Assembly (NCBI RefSeq): GCF_004010195.1
Contig: NC_057755.1
Coordinates: 1,787,306-1,851,305 of the forward strand
Reading direction: 5' to 3'
Length of the DNA stretch: 64,000 nt
DNA from: Chiloscyllium plagiosum
Taxonomy: Eukaryota
Within the stretch, counting starts at the first letter, position 1, and each line of letters opens with the position of its first letter. Below are positions 1 through 12,877 of the stretch, one piece after another. The notes below the pieces were generated by a model. It was not told the origin of the DNA. It saw nothing but the letters and a program-made list of their open reading frames with translations, and searched no databases. The position numbers were made by a program, and so were the translations under genes.

Positions 1-644
1 CTTCCCCAGTCAAGCCCTTGTCGTTTTTTTTTTGTGAAATAGAGATTGACTCTTCCTTCAGGCCACTTTCAGTGTCCACCGTCAATGGTTCTCTCTTGAT
101 AAACTCTTTCATCAAACAAAAAAAAGAAGAACTGTGAAGTTTGGAAAACAAAGAAAACCAAGAAATGCTGGAGAGACTCAGCATGTCTGGCAGCATCCGT
201 GGAGAAACAAAAAAAAACACAGAGCTAATGTTTCTTGTCCAGTGACCATTGCTGTCATCAAATGCACTGCAACTAATAATAAACCATTGTCAGATATCGA
301 CGGCCCACATTAGCATTCCTTTGTCTGCCAATTGTTGTTCTCTCTCTCTGGGCTCTATCTCCATCAATCATTAATTTCGCGCCCCTATTTCCACCCCCAT
401 CTACAATATACATACATATATAGTTTTTTTGTTTCCTGACTACAATCAGCACTGAAGAATTTTCATTGGATATATAGTTAGGAAGAAGACGGTTTTGTCT
501 GGGACCGCATTGTCTGGGTACTGACATAAAGTTGACAACAGTAATCAGGAAAACAATTCACCATCTCAAATTTAACTAGAAATTAGCTAAAAGTGCCAAA
601 TCAGCCAATGGAGATCAGATCCCATGTTGGAATAGAACTGGGAA

Positions 645-800
645 CATAGGACAGTACAGCATAGTACAGGACATCCGGCCCTCAATGTTGTGTTGGCCTG
701 TTATCCTACAGTAAGGTCAGTCCAATCTGCATTCCCTTAATTGTACTATCTTCCATGTATCCAACCAAGGGTCGCTTAAATATCCCTATTGCTGTCGCTA
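645..800 (-). mobile_element. CR1-type LINE 3' end fragment
   Basis: Reverse complement of the CR1 3' UTR/tail pattern (gaacatagga cagtacagca tagtacagga...ggccctcaatgttgtg), the same pattern as the tails at 35770-35838 and 6760-6855. Confidence 0.6.
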
Positions 801-849
801 TCTAAAGCGATTGTTTGTTTAAACAACATAAATCCAACTGATAAATGTT

Positions 850-1780
850 CAAGAATCTATTCTCTTCTAATTCATGAACCAGTAGGAACTGCAACTCGAT
901 GAGTCTTGCAAGCTGTCTGTGGTATATTGGCATTGATCCAAAATTGTTCAGTTATTCTTCCCCAGTCACCAGTGCTCGAACAATTGTGGTTGAAGAACGT
1001 AGCACGGTAAGAATAATGAAGAGTCACCCACTTTGGAACAATAGTGGCTTCTGCGATCAACGCAGAGGTTTCTGTCAATCAGGAAGTGAGTTTTTAACAG
1101 TGAAGGATATCGTTTGGTTGTATAATCACTGGATCGTTCCGCCATAGGACCAGGAAATGTTCTGGAACGTTGATTCAAATCCTATGAAGACAGATGATGA
1201 AGCTTGAATTGAAAGAAAATTGTAATTAACAGAGAATGTTGGTCGGTTAATGTGGAAAAGCACTCTCCGTTCGGAGTAACAGAGTCATTCCAATGATTGG
1301 GGAAGTGCCCTGAAGATTTCGGAAAGATGTTGTAAATTACTATAAGTGCGAGGCAACACAAATTTCTGTGGACCATTGTTTCTCAAATGCCACCGAGTGT
1401 TATAACTGTTGACTTAGAAACAGGTGTATTCTTCCTGCAGTTAAAAAGTAAAAGGACAAAGTTTCAATGTTCCTACCCATTGATTTGTCTGTGCACCTGT
1501 TGTTCAGTTTCTCTGGGCTGTCTAATGCCGCATGATACAGAAAGGACTGATCTTGGTTTTACCAGAGAGGCAACATGCATCAGACGAGTAGAATGGTTTG
1601 TTTTCTCAATTGGTGCAGGCATATCATTGTCCGTTCAACACAGGTTTGTTTTAATCAACTTGATTTTGTTTTGCAAAACAGATTCTAAACATGGAAAAGA
1701 GATTTCTCAGCAGATGCTCACAAACACTGACCACAAATCTACCCTCTCCGCCCCCAAGTTGCCAAAGAAGCTATCAATGA
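850..1780 (+). mobile_element. Highly decayed Gypsy-like pol remnant (RT to RNase H)
   Basis: Motif fragments across frames in Gypsy order: ELQLDESCKL, LFSYS.PVTSA.TI, NVLER, VVNYY, TNTDHK (RNase H TDHKPL-like). Possible continuation after the CR1 at about 5480-5580 (TRWHIF...LADAL). Many stops and frameshifts. Confidence 0.35.
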
Positions 1781-1784
1781 AAAT

Positions 1785-4700
1785 TTGCAGCTGCCAAGGA
1801 TGTCTCAAAGAGGGTGCAAAATGCTCTCAAAGGAAAAAGAGACGAGCAGGAGGTCATTGTGTACATTGGAACTAACGACATATGAAGTGAAAACGATGAG
1901 ATTCTGAAGGGAAAACATCGAAATTTAGGCCGGAATTTAAGAAGGAGGTCCTCGAGGATAATAATATCTGGATTACTACCGTTGCTACGAGCTGGTGGGC
2001 GGGGGGCAGATGAATGCATGGCTGAGGAACTGACGTATGGGAGAAGGATTCACATTTTTAGATCATAGTAATCTCTTCTGGGGTGGAATTGACCTGTACA
2101 AGAAGGATGGATTGCACTTGAATTGGAAGGGGACTAATATATTTGCAAGAGGATTTGCTAGAGCTGCTCGGGAGGACTTAAGCTAGTCAGGTGCGGGTGG
2201 AGAGGTGGGGTGGGTGGGACCAAGGAAAATAGTGAGGAAAGAGATCAATCTGACAATCTGAAGTTGAGAAAAGATGTGAGTTTAAAAGGTCAGGGCAGGC
2301 AGAGGCAAAGCAGAGAACAAGGTAGGGCTGATAATTTAAACTGCACTTACTTCAGTGCAAGAGGCCAAGCAGAGAAGACAGATGAACTCAGGGCATGGTT
2401 AGGATCACTGGACTGGGATATCAAGACAATTGCAGAAACATGGCTGTGGTATGGACAGGGTTGAAAGCTGAATATTCCAAGGATACAACGCTATAAACAG
2501 GATTGAAAGGTGGGCAAGCGAGGAGGGGAGTGCTGATTTTCTTAAGGGATTGCGTTACAGCCGAACTTAGGGAGGATATTCCCAGAAATACATCCTGGGA
2601 AGCTATTTGGGTGGAGCTGAGAAATAAAAAAAGGATGACAACCTTATTCGGATTGTATTACAGAGCTGAAAATGTGTTGCTGGAAAAGCGCAGCAGGTCA
2701 GGCAGCATCCAAGTAACAGGAGAATCGACGTTTCGGGCATAAGCCCTTCTTCATAAGCCCTTCCTGAAGAAGGGCTTATGCCCGAAAAATCGATTCTCCT
2801 GTTCCTTGGATGCTGCCTGACCTGCTGCGCTTTTCCAGCAACACATTTTCAGCTCTGATCTCCAGCATCTGCAGTCCTCACGTTCTCCTTGTATTACAGA
2901 CCCCCTAATAGTCAACGGGAAATTGAGGAGCAAATTTGGAAGGAAATTTGAAATATCTGTAAAAATAAGCGGGTGATTATGTTAGAGGATTTTAACTTTC
3001 AGAACATAGACTGGGATTGCCATTGTGTTACGGGTTTAGAGGGGGAGGAATTTGTAAAGTGTGTCAAATATTTTTTCTGACTCAGTATGTGAATGTACCC
3101 ACTGGAGAAGATGCAAAACCTGACCGACTCTTGGGAAATAAGGCAGGGCAGATGACTGAGCTGTCAGTGGAGGAGCACTTTGGGGTCAGCGACCTTTTGT
3201 TTTGCTTGTTTTAAAATAGTGATGGAAACAGATAGGTCAGATATAACTGTTGACGTTCTAAATTGGAGGAAGGCTCATTTTTACGGTATTAAACAAGAAC
3301 TTTCAAAAAATAATTGGGGCCAGATATTCTCAGGTAAAGGGACGGGTAGAAAATGGAAATCCTTCAGAAATGGGACAACGAGAGTCCAGTTATGTTCCCA
3401 TTAAGGTGAAAGGAAAGGCTGGAAGGTGTAGAGAGTGCACCAAGAGAAATGAAGATTTGGTGACAGAAAAGAAGGAAGCTTACGTCAGAGAGTGAGAGGA
3501 GATATCGAGTGAATCCTTAGAAGAATATGAAGGCAGTAGGAGTATACTTAAGACGGAAATCAGGAAGAGAAAAATGCGACAAGATTTAGTTTTGATAAAT
3601 AGGGTTAAGGAGAATTGAAACGGATTTTACAAATACAATAGGGACAATAAGGTAACGAGGGAGAGAATAGGGGTCCTTAAAGGTCAGCAAGGCATTCTTT
3701 GTGTTAAGCCACATGAGATGGAAGAGATAGAAAACGAGCATTTTGCATCAGTATTCACTGTGGAAAAGTACATGGAAGATATAGAATGTCAGGAAATAGA
3801 TGGTAACATTTTGGAATATGTCCATATTTCAGAGGAAAAAGTGCTGAATGTCCTCAAATGCATAAAGGGGGATACATCCCCAGGAACCGATCGGCTGTAC
3901 TCTAAAACTCTGTGGAAAGCTAGGGAAGTGATTGCTGGACCCCTTGCTGAGATATTTATATCAGTGATAGTCATAAGTGAGGTGCAGGAAGCATGGAGAT
4001 TGGCTAACATGGTACCACCATTGAAGAATGGTGGAAAGGAAAAGCCAGGGACCTGTAGACCGGTTAGCCTGATGTCAGTGGTGGGAAATTTGTTTGAGGG
4101 AATTCTGAGGGAGAGGATGTAAAGGTGTTTCGAAAGGAAAAGTGGAATTGTAGATAGTCAACATGGTTTTGTGCATGGGAAATCATGTCTCTTGAACTTG
4201 ATTGAGTTTTCTGAAGAAGTAACAAAGAAGTTTGATGAGGGCAAAGCGGTGGACGTCATTTATACGGACGTCAGTGAGGCGTTCGACAAGGTATTTCATG
4301 GTAGACTGCTTAGCAAAGTTGGATCTTATGGAATACAGGGAGAACTAGCCATTTGGATAAAGAACTGGCCAGAAGATAGAAGATGATGGTGGAGCATTGT
4401 TTTTCAGACTGGAGGTCTGTGACCAGTGGACTGCCACAAGGGTCGGTGCTAGGTCCACTACATTTATATAGATGATTTGGATGTGAGTATAAGAGGCATA
4501 GTTAGTAAGTTTGGAGATGACACCAAAATTAGTGATGTAATGGACAGCGAAGAAGATCAGATTACAACAGAATCTTTATCAGATGTGCCAATGGGTTGAC
4601 GGGTGGCAGAAGGAGTTTAATTTAGAGACATGCGAGGTGCTGCATTTTGGGAAAACAAACCTTAGCAGGAATTATACACTTAATAGTAAGATCCTAGGGA

Positions 4701-5376
4701 GTGTTGCTAAACAAAGGGACGTTGGAGTGCAGATTCATAGCTTCGTGGAAGTAGAGTCTCAGGCAGATAGGATAATGAGGAAGGCGTTTGCTATGCATTC
4801 CATCATTGATCTCAGTACTGAGTATCGGAGTTGGGAGATCATATTGCAGCTGTACAGGACATTGGTTAGGCCAATTCTGGAATGTTCTGGTCTCCATCCT
4901 AGCGGAGGAATGTTGTGAAACTTGAAGGGCTTCAGAAAAGATTTAAAAGAATGTTGCAAAATTTGGAGGATTTGAGTTACAAGCAGAGACTGAATGGGCT
5001 GGGGCTATTTTCCCTGGAGCATCGGAGGCTTAGGGTTACCATTATAGTGGTTTATATAATCATGAAGGGCATGGATGAGATAAATAGGCAAAGTCTTTTC
5101 CCTGGGATTGCGGAGTCCAGAAGTGGCGGGCATAAAGGGAACTAAGGGATCACCCTCATACAGACAGTGCTGCATGTGTGGAATGAGCTACCAGACGAAG
5201 TAATGGAGAATTTAAAATACAACTGGATGGGTATATGAATAGAAAGGGCTTGGAAGGATATGGGCCAACTGCTGGTAAATGGGTCTAGATTAGGTTGGAA
5301 CATCTGGCTTGCCATTGTCGAGTTGAACCAAAGCGTCTGTTTATGTTCTGTACATCATTATGAATCTATGGCTCTA
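1785..5376 (+). mobile_element. Near-full-length decayed CR1 LINE (ORF1 esterase C-terminus, ORF2 endonuclease + RT, 3' tail)
   Basis: ORF1-like KDVSKRVQNALKG..EVIVYIGTNDI; endonuclease AETWL, EAIWVELRNKK, GLYYRPPN; RT HFASVFTVE, SPGTD, RPVSLMSVVG, AFDKVFHGRLL, gDDTK; C-terminal LYRTLVRP, LGLFSLEHRRLR; tail ...ttatgaatctatggctcta. Fragmented by stops and frameshifts. Confidence 0.93.
2665..2888. mobile_element. Short Penelope-derived (pLTR, hammerhead-type) element present as an inverted pair, inserted in the CR1 endonuclease
   Basis: About 90-bp arms are reverse complements (gctgaaaatgtgttgctggaaaagcgcagcagg... / ...cctgctgcgcttttccagcaacacattttcagc). 12-bp TSD ttgtattacaga at 2653-2664 and 2889-2900; CR1 reading GLYYR|PPNS resumes after it. 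Confidence 0.85.
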
Positions 5377-6107
5377 ATTCTGTCATTACCTAGATGTCGT
5401 CATTAAACGAATTGTGTTCAGAGCCAGAACATCCACCTGATGGTGCAATTCTCTTCTCTGTCTGGCAGATATGTTAATGGGTGACAAGGTGGCACATATT
5501 CATAGAATTCTAGAATCCAATAGATTGAATCTTGTTGGATTTTTCAAACTAAAGATTAGCTGATGCTCTGGCCTTTGTTTAAAAAAAACGGTTGAATGAG
5601 TACTTTGATGATGTTTTAAGTAGAAATGTTTTGGGCAGGATGGTATGAAACAGAAACTATGTACACTCAAATATTGGGAAAGTGGTCTCTCACAGTGTTG
5701 CTCATCAATAAAGCCAATGCTTTATCAAGAGAGCAAATGGGACGACTTTAAATCTCATGCAAATTTTCAATAATGACTTTCAAGTCTGGAAAAGGAGTTG
5801 CTGAGCAGATTTTATTCAGCAGATTAAGATTACAGTGTTTGCTCCAAAATGGGATAGGCAAAGCTACATAATGTAAACAGTGGAGAGAAAATAGACTTAA
5901 CATTTTCAGTCCAGTGACACCTCTTCTGAAAGAGAGAAAACTGAGTTAACGTTTCAAGTCCAAACCTGATGAAGAGTCACTGGACTCAATAGGTTAACTC
6001 CGCAGGTCTGCCAGCATCTATACTGAGAATGTAGAGAGAATTCTCCAGCAATTTCTGTTTTTGGTTCAGATTTCCAAAATTTACAGTTTTTTTTATTCTT
6101 AAAATAC

Positions 6108-6760
6108 TCACTCTGTTCCTCCACATTGCCAAGAATCCTATCCTTATTCCTGTACTCAGCTTTCAAATTCGACCTTCCAAAATGCATCACCTCGCATTTT
6201 TCCACGTTGAACTCCATCTGCCACCTCTCAGCCCATCTCTGCATTCTGTCAATGTCTCGCTGCAGCCAACAACAGCCGTCTATACTGTCGACGGCACCTC
6301 CCACCTTTGTGTCATCTGGAAACCTGCTGACCCATTCTTCAATCCCCTCATCCAAGTCATTAATAAAAATTACTAACAATAGAGACCCAAGGACAGAACC
6401 CTATGGAACACCACTCACCACTGACTTCCAGGCAGAATATTTTCCTTCTACTACCACTCGCTGTCTTCTGTTGGCCAGCCAATTCTGTATCCAGACTGCT
6501 AGGTTCCCCTGTATCCCATTCCTCCTGACCTTCTGAATGAGCCGACCATGTGGAATCTCATCAAATGCTTTGCTGAAGTCCACATGCACCACATCCACAG
6601 CTCGACCATCATCAACATTTCTAGTCACATCCTCTAAGAAATCGGTAAGGTTTGTGAGGCATGACCTGCTCCTCACAAAGCCGTGTTGAGTGCATTTAAT
6701 CAAGCCATGCTCTTCCAGTTGGTCATAAATCCTATCCCTCAGAATCCTCTCTAACACCTT
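6108..6760 (-). mobile_element. CR1 LINE RT fragment
   Basis: ORFs 6401-6757 and 5954-6379: QHGFVRSRSCLTNL, DFSKAFDEIPHGRL, VSGVP, IFINDLDEG, FPDDTK, WQMEFNVEKCEVMHFG. Confidence 0.92.
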
Positions 6761-7043
6761 GCAATGTAGGATAGATAGGCTTCAGGTTGGTTCTACAGGT
6801 CGGTGCAACAGTGAGGGCCGAAGGGCCTGTATTGTGCTGTAATGTTCTATGTTCAAACTTTTATCGGCAAGGATCCAGATACTGGTATATATCTTTGTAT
6901 TACAAATAAATGTTCTGCCTTTTGTTTTGTTTTCAGAATCAGTCACTCTTTTCTCACTCACTAAGTAATTGTTATCACTGTTCAATCAACCAAGTCTGTT
7001 CATTTCCATTTAATCATACTGTCTAAACTGTTCATTTTTATCT

Positions 7044-8074
7044 CGTAACACTGCCGAAAGTGTTCATTTAAATATAGTCAGTGTGTGAAGTCTGTGCATT
7101 CATGTCTATATATATAATATATGTGTGTGTTTGCGTGTCCACTCTACGAAGACTATTTATCAACAGTTAAAATCATATCGCTCAACCTGCTCATTTATAC
7201 TTGAAACCGTGCTGCCAAAACAATTCATTTATATTGTTATGAATTTGAAGGCGTGTACTGTATCTTTAAGAATGAGGGAATGCTGTTTTGAACTTAGAGA
7301 TTACAAACAACTGGGTATGTGACTCGAAGGCAGTCCAAGAGGGTACTAGAAAATTGAAAATATACGTTTGACTGTGAAATGTACACATTTCGAATTTAGC
7401 TGAAAATGTGTTGCTGGAAAAGCGCAGCAAGTCAGGCAGCATCCAAGGAGCAGGAGAATCGACGTTTCGGGCATGAGCCCTTTTTCAGGAATCACATTTC
7501 GAATTTAACCAATCAGTGCCCCAGGGTACTAAAACCCATTCGAGTTTGAATTTATTGTTTTGTCAGCGTTGAAACAATGAGACGATCTGGTGTTGGGCTT
7601 CAAAGGAATGGACATTTTGAAACTTGCCACTAAAGCAACTCCTGTCGCGATAGTTCCAAGAAGTTAGGAAACACTCTCCATTAAAGGTACCTTTACATTT
7701 GAAACATACTCACAGTAAAATCAAGACGACCTAGGGAATTCAGCAGCCTGAAGAGTGAAGTCACAAAAGACGGGAAGGTGGTGGCGTTATGTTGAAATTA
7801 AATTGGTATTATTTTAATGTCTTATTGGAACAGTAAATTGTTTTAGATTTGGAGGCAGGTAATAACCAATTTACAGCAAGGTGGGCTTACAATTGTCAAT
7901 AGTTGTTGTTTAATGTTTATGTTTTGAATAAGAAAATACATTGATGATATTTTCTTTAAATACTGGAATGTGGGAGTTTTCTGTCATTAATATTTCAACA
8001 GATTATGAGATGAGATGAACTTTTCTGGGTGTTTGGGTCGAAGTAACAGAGCTGTTCATCTTTGTTCCGTAACA
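7044..8074 (+). mobile_element. 5' LTR of a Gypsy element
   Basis: Begins (c)gtaacactg, ends ttccgtaaca, and is followed by tggggatcgcttccgagat, a degenerate tRNA-Pro-type primer binding site (consensus TGGGGGCTCGTCCGGGAT). Related to the solo LTR at 47062-47710. Confidence 0.65.
7399..7492 (-). mobile_element. 94-bp Penelope-derived hammerhead-type mini-element inserted in the LTR
   Basis: Same sequence family as 2665-2888; 15-bp TSD cacatttcgaattta at 7384-7398 and 7493-7507. Confidence 0.85.
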
Positions 8075-9094
8075 GTTGGGGATCGCTTCCGAGATTTGGA
8101 CTGGTTTATACAGATACAGTCTAAAATTTGGACAGATTTGAACAAATTTAGGTACGAATATTCCAGCAGATTTAATCACTTCTTGATTAGTGTTCTGGGT
8201 CTTTAAATAAAACTGGGGAAAAGAAATTTGTTTAATTTTAGTTACTTGTGGTTGGTTAAGTGAAAAGTGACGGAAATGGCTCTTAACATCGCTAAAACGT
8301 TCTGGGTTTTGATGATGTTTCCAAAATTTGCGAAGCAAGTTTGAAAGGTTGAGGAAGAGCCTACTTTTAGAAGTGGCAAATAGGTTAGAATTGGGTTTAA
8401 CTTGGGTCAAAAAGAAAGCTGAAATTGTAATGGAATTGTCAAGCACTTCGGTGTATCAGCGAAACAGGTAAGTGCAGTATAGTGAGTAAAACTTAATTTG
8501 CAATTGTGGCAAATTGAGTTAGAAGATAACGAATGGGAAAGAATTGCCAAGGGAGAAGAAAGACAAAGAGAGAGAAGAAAGAGAAAGACAGAGCGAGATA
8601 CACAGAGAGAGGAAACACAATGGGAGAGAAGTTCCTTATCTGAGCAAAAAGAAAGTGTGTGCGAATTAGTCAGGAAAATGAAGTTAACATGACGGAGATG
8701 AAGAGAGAAACTCGTAATGAGAAAGATGTCGAAACTTCTCTTATTTCATTTGAAGTATTGGCTAGGCAGATGGAGTGGCCAGAGAACTTGTGGGTAATGC
8801 TCATTCAGACAAAGCTGGGAGGGAGTTCTAGTGATGTAGTTGCAACGCTGTCAGATGATGAGCAAGAGATTATTGACATGCCAAGGCTTTTTTGAGTGCT
8901 TATGACTTGCTACCAGAAGTGCATGGACAGCGGTTCAGAAACATGAAGAAGGAACCAGGTCAGACTTACATTGACTTCAAAAGCATAAACCTTCGTTATT
9001 TTCATAAATGGGTGCGGGCCTTAAAAATAGGTAAGAGATTATACTGCTGGAAATGTTGAAGAAACTTAATTCCAGATATGATAGGAAATTAAAT

Positions 9095-10205
9095 GCGTGC
9101 AAGTCTGGTTTGCTTCCTATCGGGTGTATTTGGTGAAACTTGAATAGGTTCAGAAAAGTTTTACAACGATGTTGCCAGGGTTGGAGGATTTGACCTGTAG
9201 TGAGTGGTTGAAAAGGCTGGAGCTGAATTCCCTGGAACGTCGGAGGCTAAGTGTGATCTTATGGAAGTTTATAAAATCATGAGGGGTATGGATAAGATAA
9301 ACAGATAAAGTTGTTGTGGATCTGTTCGCCGAGCTGGGAATTTGTGTTGCAGACGTTTTGTCCCCTGTCTAGGTGACATCCTCAGTGCTTGGGAGCCTCC
9401 TGTGAAACGCTTCTGTGATGTTTCCTACAACATTTGTAGTGGTTCGAATCTTACACTTCCGGTTGTCAGTTCCAGCTGTCCGTTGCAGTGGTCCAGGTCG
9501 ATGTGCTTATTGATTGAATCTGTGGACGAGTGCCATGCCTTTAGGAATTCCCTGGCTGTTCAGTGTTTGGCTTGTCCTATAATAGTAGTGTTGTCCCAGT
9601 CGAATTCATGTTGCTTGTCATCTGCGTGTGTGGTTACTAAGAACAGGGGACGTAACATCTGCAACACAAAGGAATTAAGGGCTACGGGGAGAATGCGGGT
9701 AAGTGGAGTTGAAATGCCCATCAGCCCTGATTGAATGGCGGAGTGGACTCGATGGGCCGAATGGCCTTACTTCCGCTCCTATGTCTTATGGTCTTATGTC
9801 TTATGGTCTAAATTCCCAGCTCGGCAAACAGAACCACAACAACGAGCACCCGAGCTACAAATCTTCTCACAAACTTTGAAAACAGATAAAGTATTTTCCC
9901 TGGGGTGGAGGAGTCCAGAACTAGGGGGCACAGGTTTATGGTGAGAGGGGAAATATATATAAGATACCGGTGGAGCTACATTTTAACGCAGATGGTTGTA
10001 TGTGTACGGAATGAAATGCCAGAGGATGTGGTGGAGGCTGGTACAATTGAAACATTTAAAATGAATCCGGATGGGTATATGAATAGAAAGAGTTTGGAGG
10101 GATGTGGGTTGAGTGCAGGCAAGTGGAATTAGATTTGATTGGGATATCTGGTAGGCATGGACGAGTTGGATTGAAGGGTCTGTTTCCGTTCTGTATATTT
10201 CTGTG
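9095..10205 (+). mobile_element. CR1 LINE 3' fragment nested in Gypsy gag
   Basis: RVQKSFTTMLPGLEDL, ESRTRGHRF, VCVRNEMPEDVVEAGTI and a CR1 3' UTR; itself split by a Penelope insertion. Confidence 0.85.
9312..9879. mobile_element. Penelope fragment with inverted ends, containing a further CR1 tail (about 9668-9809)
   Basis: 9312-9640 is the reverse complement of the GIY-YIG C-terminus/pLTR seen at 60880-61199; 9810-9879 is the same tail in forward sense. 13-bp TSD aaacagataaagt at 9299-9311 and 9880-9892. Confidence 0.85.
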
Positions 10206-11219
10206 CAAGAATTCCGAAGAGTGGCAGAGATTGCACATGAATATGCATTGGTGCATAAGGTAAAGTTTAGCTTCCTGAAGCAATTTCAATCCGTGAGGCA
10301 CAAAGACGGGGAGAAGGGGCGATCCTCCACAACAAACCAAACAGTATAGCTCAATTGTAATAGCTTACTACAGGTGATAATAGAAGCCCAAGAGGGTGAA
10401 AATGAACTGAAATGGGCCATAGGTGTTTCCACTGTGATAAGTTGGGACACGTAAAGTCCCAGTGCTGGTCGTGGAAGAAAGGCATTGGAGGAAAAGATAT
10501 GGTAAAAGAGGCTAAGCCAGTGGCATCATTGAAATTAGTAAAGGGAATACAACAAACGATGAGGAGCTGCAGGAGAGTGCACAGCCTAGGCAGAGAGTGA
10601 GTATTGAGTTAATGCCTGATTTATATAGAGGCTTCACATCTGTGGGTAAATTTTAGTCAGAAAGAACCGTGGGGGAAGGGAATGAAGTCACAATTTTCAG
10701 AAATGCGCGTTCTAAGCTGTCTCTAATTGTAATTGTATACTCTTTCTGACATATTATCCGAGAGAGTTGTAATTGGATGAATAAATGAAAAGAAATTTAG
10801 ATTTCCACTGTGTAAGCTCAGATTGGAGTGAGAAATGAAGGTTAGGAAAGTAACAGTGGCAGTGCCTGTCAGAGTGGCACTTTCAACAATACAGTTTGGT
10901 CTTGGGAACAATTTAGCAGGATCGAAGGTGGGAATGACAGTCCTTGTTATAAAGAAGCCAAAGGAAGATTAGGGAACTAGAGAGTTAAAAAGTAAGAAAC
11001 TCAGGATTGTTTCCAGGCTGGGTCATAGCAAGATCCCACTGTCATACATCACAGCAAGAATCAAAAAGTAAAGTGAAAGACGAAGGAGTTGAGGTTCAGT
11101 TATCTGACACGCTGTTTTGTGGAGGAAAATCCTGAACAGTCAAAGGGCCAGGTAAAAGTGTTTAGTCCTGAACGACAAATGGATTTACAACTGAAAGGCG
11201 TGGCAATTAAAGATATATA

Positions 11220-11250
<31 letters not shown>

Positions 11251-12334
11251 ATACGCATACACACATATACATATACATAAACACAGATGCACACTCAGAA
11301 AAGGAATCAGAATGTATTCCTGAGTCTTATTCTCTTAAAAATAGAGTTCGAAGACTAAAATCGAGACAATTGCAGTTTGGCGCAGAGGAAAAATGTGTGG
11401 AAGTGCGCCAGATTGTGTTCCCGGTAGCATCCAGACGGGCAGAGTTATTGGTCGCACATGAAGTACGAGTAGAAGGTCACCTAGTTGCGAGGAAGACTCA
11501 GGCGAAGTTACAAAAGCACTTCTGTTGGCCTGGACGATAAAAGGATGTGGTTAAATGTTGCCGTACACATCATACATGCCAAAGACCACATGCAATAATA
11601 AAACCAGCACATTTGTTGCCAATTCCCGCTTGCGAACAACTTTTCATGTGTGTTATGATTGATTGTGTAGGTCCCCTCCCGGAAACTAAAAGTGGTAACC
11701 AATAGTTGCTAACCATAATGGATGTACCTGTCAGGTTTCCGGAGGCAATTCCATTACAGAGTATTAATACAATGGCGATGTTGGTAGTTTTCTTTGCTCA
11801 GTATAGACTAGCCAGAGAGATTCAGTCAGACGAAGGGTCTAATTCCACTGCCAGGCTGTTTAAAGAAACCATGAATAGCTTAGCACTTGAAATCAAATAC
11901 GTACCATTCTGAATCCCAAGGAACATTGGAAAGATTGCATCAGAGTCTGAAGACCATGTTAAGAACATGCTCTCAGGATTATCCGAATAATTGAGATAAA
12001 GATATACCATTCCTATTGTTTGCTATTAGAGATGTCCCCATCGAATGAGCTCAGTTTACTCTCATTGATTTAATATTCGGTCGTGAAGTGAGAGGGCCTT
12101 TGAAATCAATTAACGAAAAAATGATAGGGCCGAAGTTGGAGATCTCACACTTCGATTATTTACCTGAGGTGAGGGAGAAATTAAATCAGGTGAGTGAATT
12201 GGCTAAACAGCAACGGTAGAGGGCACAGCATAGAATGAACCAGGTGGCAGATAGAAACTCTCACATTCGGGCGATTTCCCGTGGGATTAACGTATTACTT
12301 ATTGTGTATCAGTGGTAGGAGAGCCCTTCCCAAG

Positions 12335-12877
12335 TATCAAATTGTCTGGGTTGGATTGAGTTTTACAGCCAGTTTGATAATAGTTAAGAGAACTGTCTCA
12401 GGTGAAGGGCGTTCAAGTTTTTCTTTTAAAAAGCTTGTACAATGAAATAGGAGTGCACAGTTCTCCAACTCAGCCTACTCTGCTTTGATTTGATTTCGCT
12501 ATTCATTGAAAACAGTCAGGCATTTGCAAAAGCTGTTGGAAACGAAAAAGCAAGTCCAGCTGATGCTCTTCTCTCTGTGACTTCTCATCTGTAAGATTCT
12601 GTGTTTGATTTTACCTTTTGTGCCAAGGAGTGTTTGAGAGAATTATTGCAAGTATTTGGAACACCATCATTAATTTGGGATCCTCTGTTGAGTTTTTGGA
12701 TAGGATAGGTTATTCAGTATGCTGTTCTCTTTTGTTTGTGGTTCCTTTTTAATATTGTTAATAAATTATGTTTTGTTAAAACTCCGTGGTTTGAGCAATT
12801 GCATCGCTCCTGGAATATCCGTGTTACACCTGCTAAGTTAAAAAAAACAACTCGCAAAGTTAGGGTCTTTGCTAACA
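12335..12877 (+). mobile_element. LTR fragment of a different family from 7044-8074
   Basis: Contains aatgaaataggagtgcacagttctccaactcagc, similar to the LTRs at 58007-58661 (-) and 63737-64000 (+); has aataaa and ends ...gctaaca. Confidence 0.55.

Larger units (their letters stand above)
8075..12330 (+). mobile_element. Decayed Gmr1-type Gypsy internal region (gag, zinc knuckle, protease, integrase); RT not present
   Basis: Gag DVETSLISFEVLARQMEWPENLWVMLIQTKLGG; CCHC knuckle CFHCDKLGHVKSQC (10412 ORF); integrase AHEV..GHL..RKTQAKLQKHF, IDCVGPLP, LTIMDVPVRFPEAIPL, EIQSDEGSN. Interrupted by a CR1 at about 9095-10205. Confidence 0.88.
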
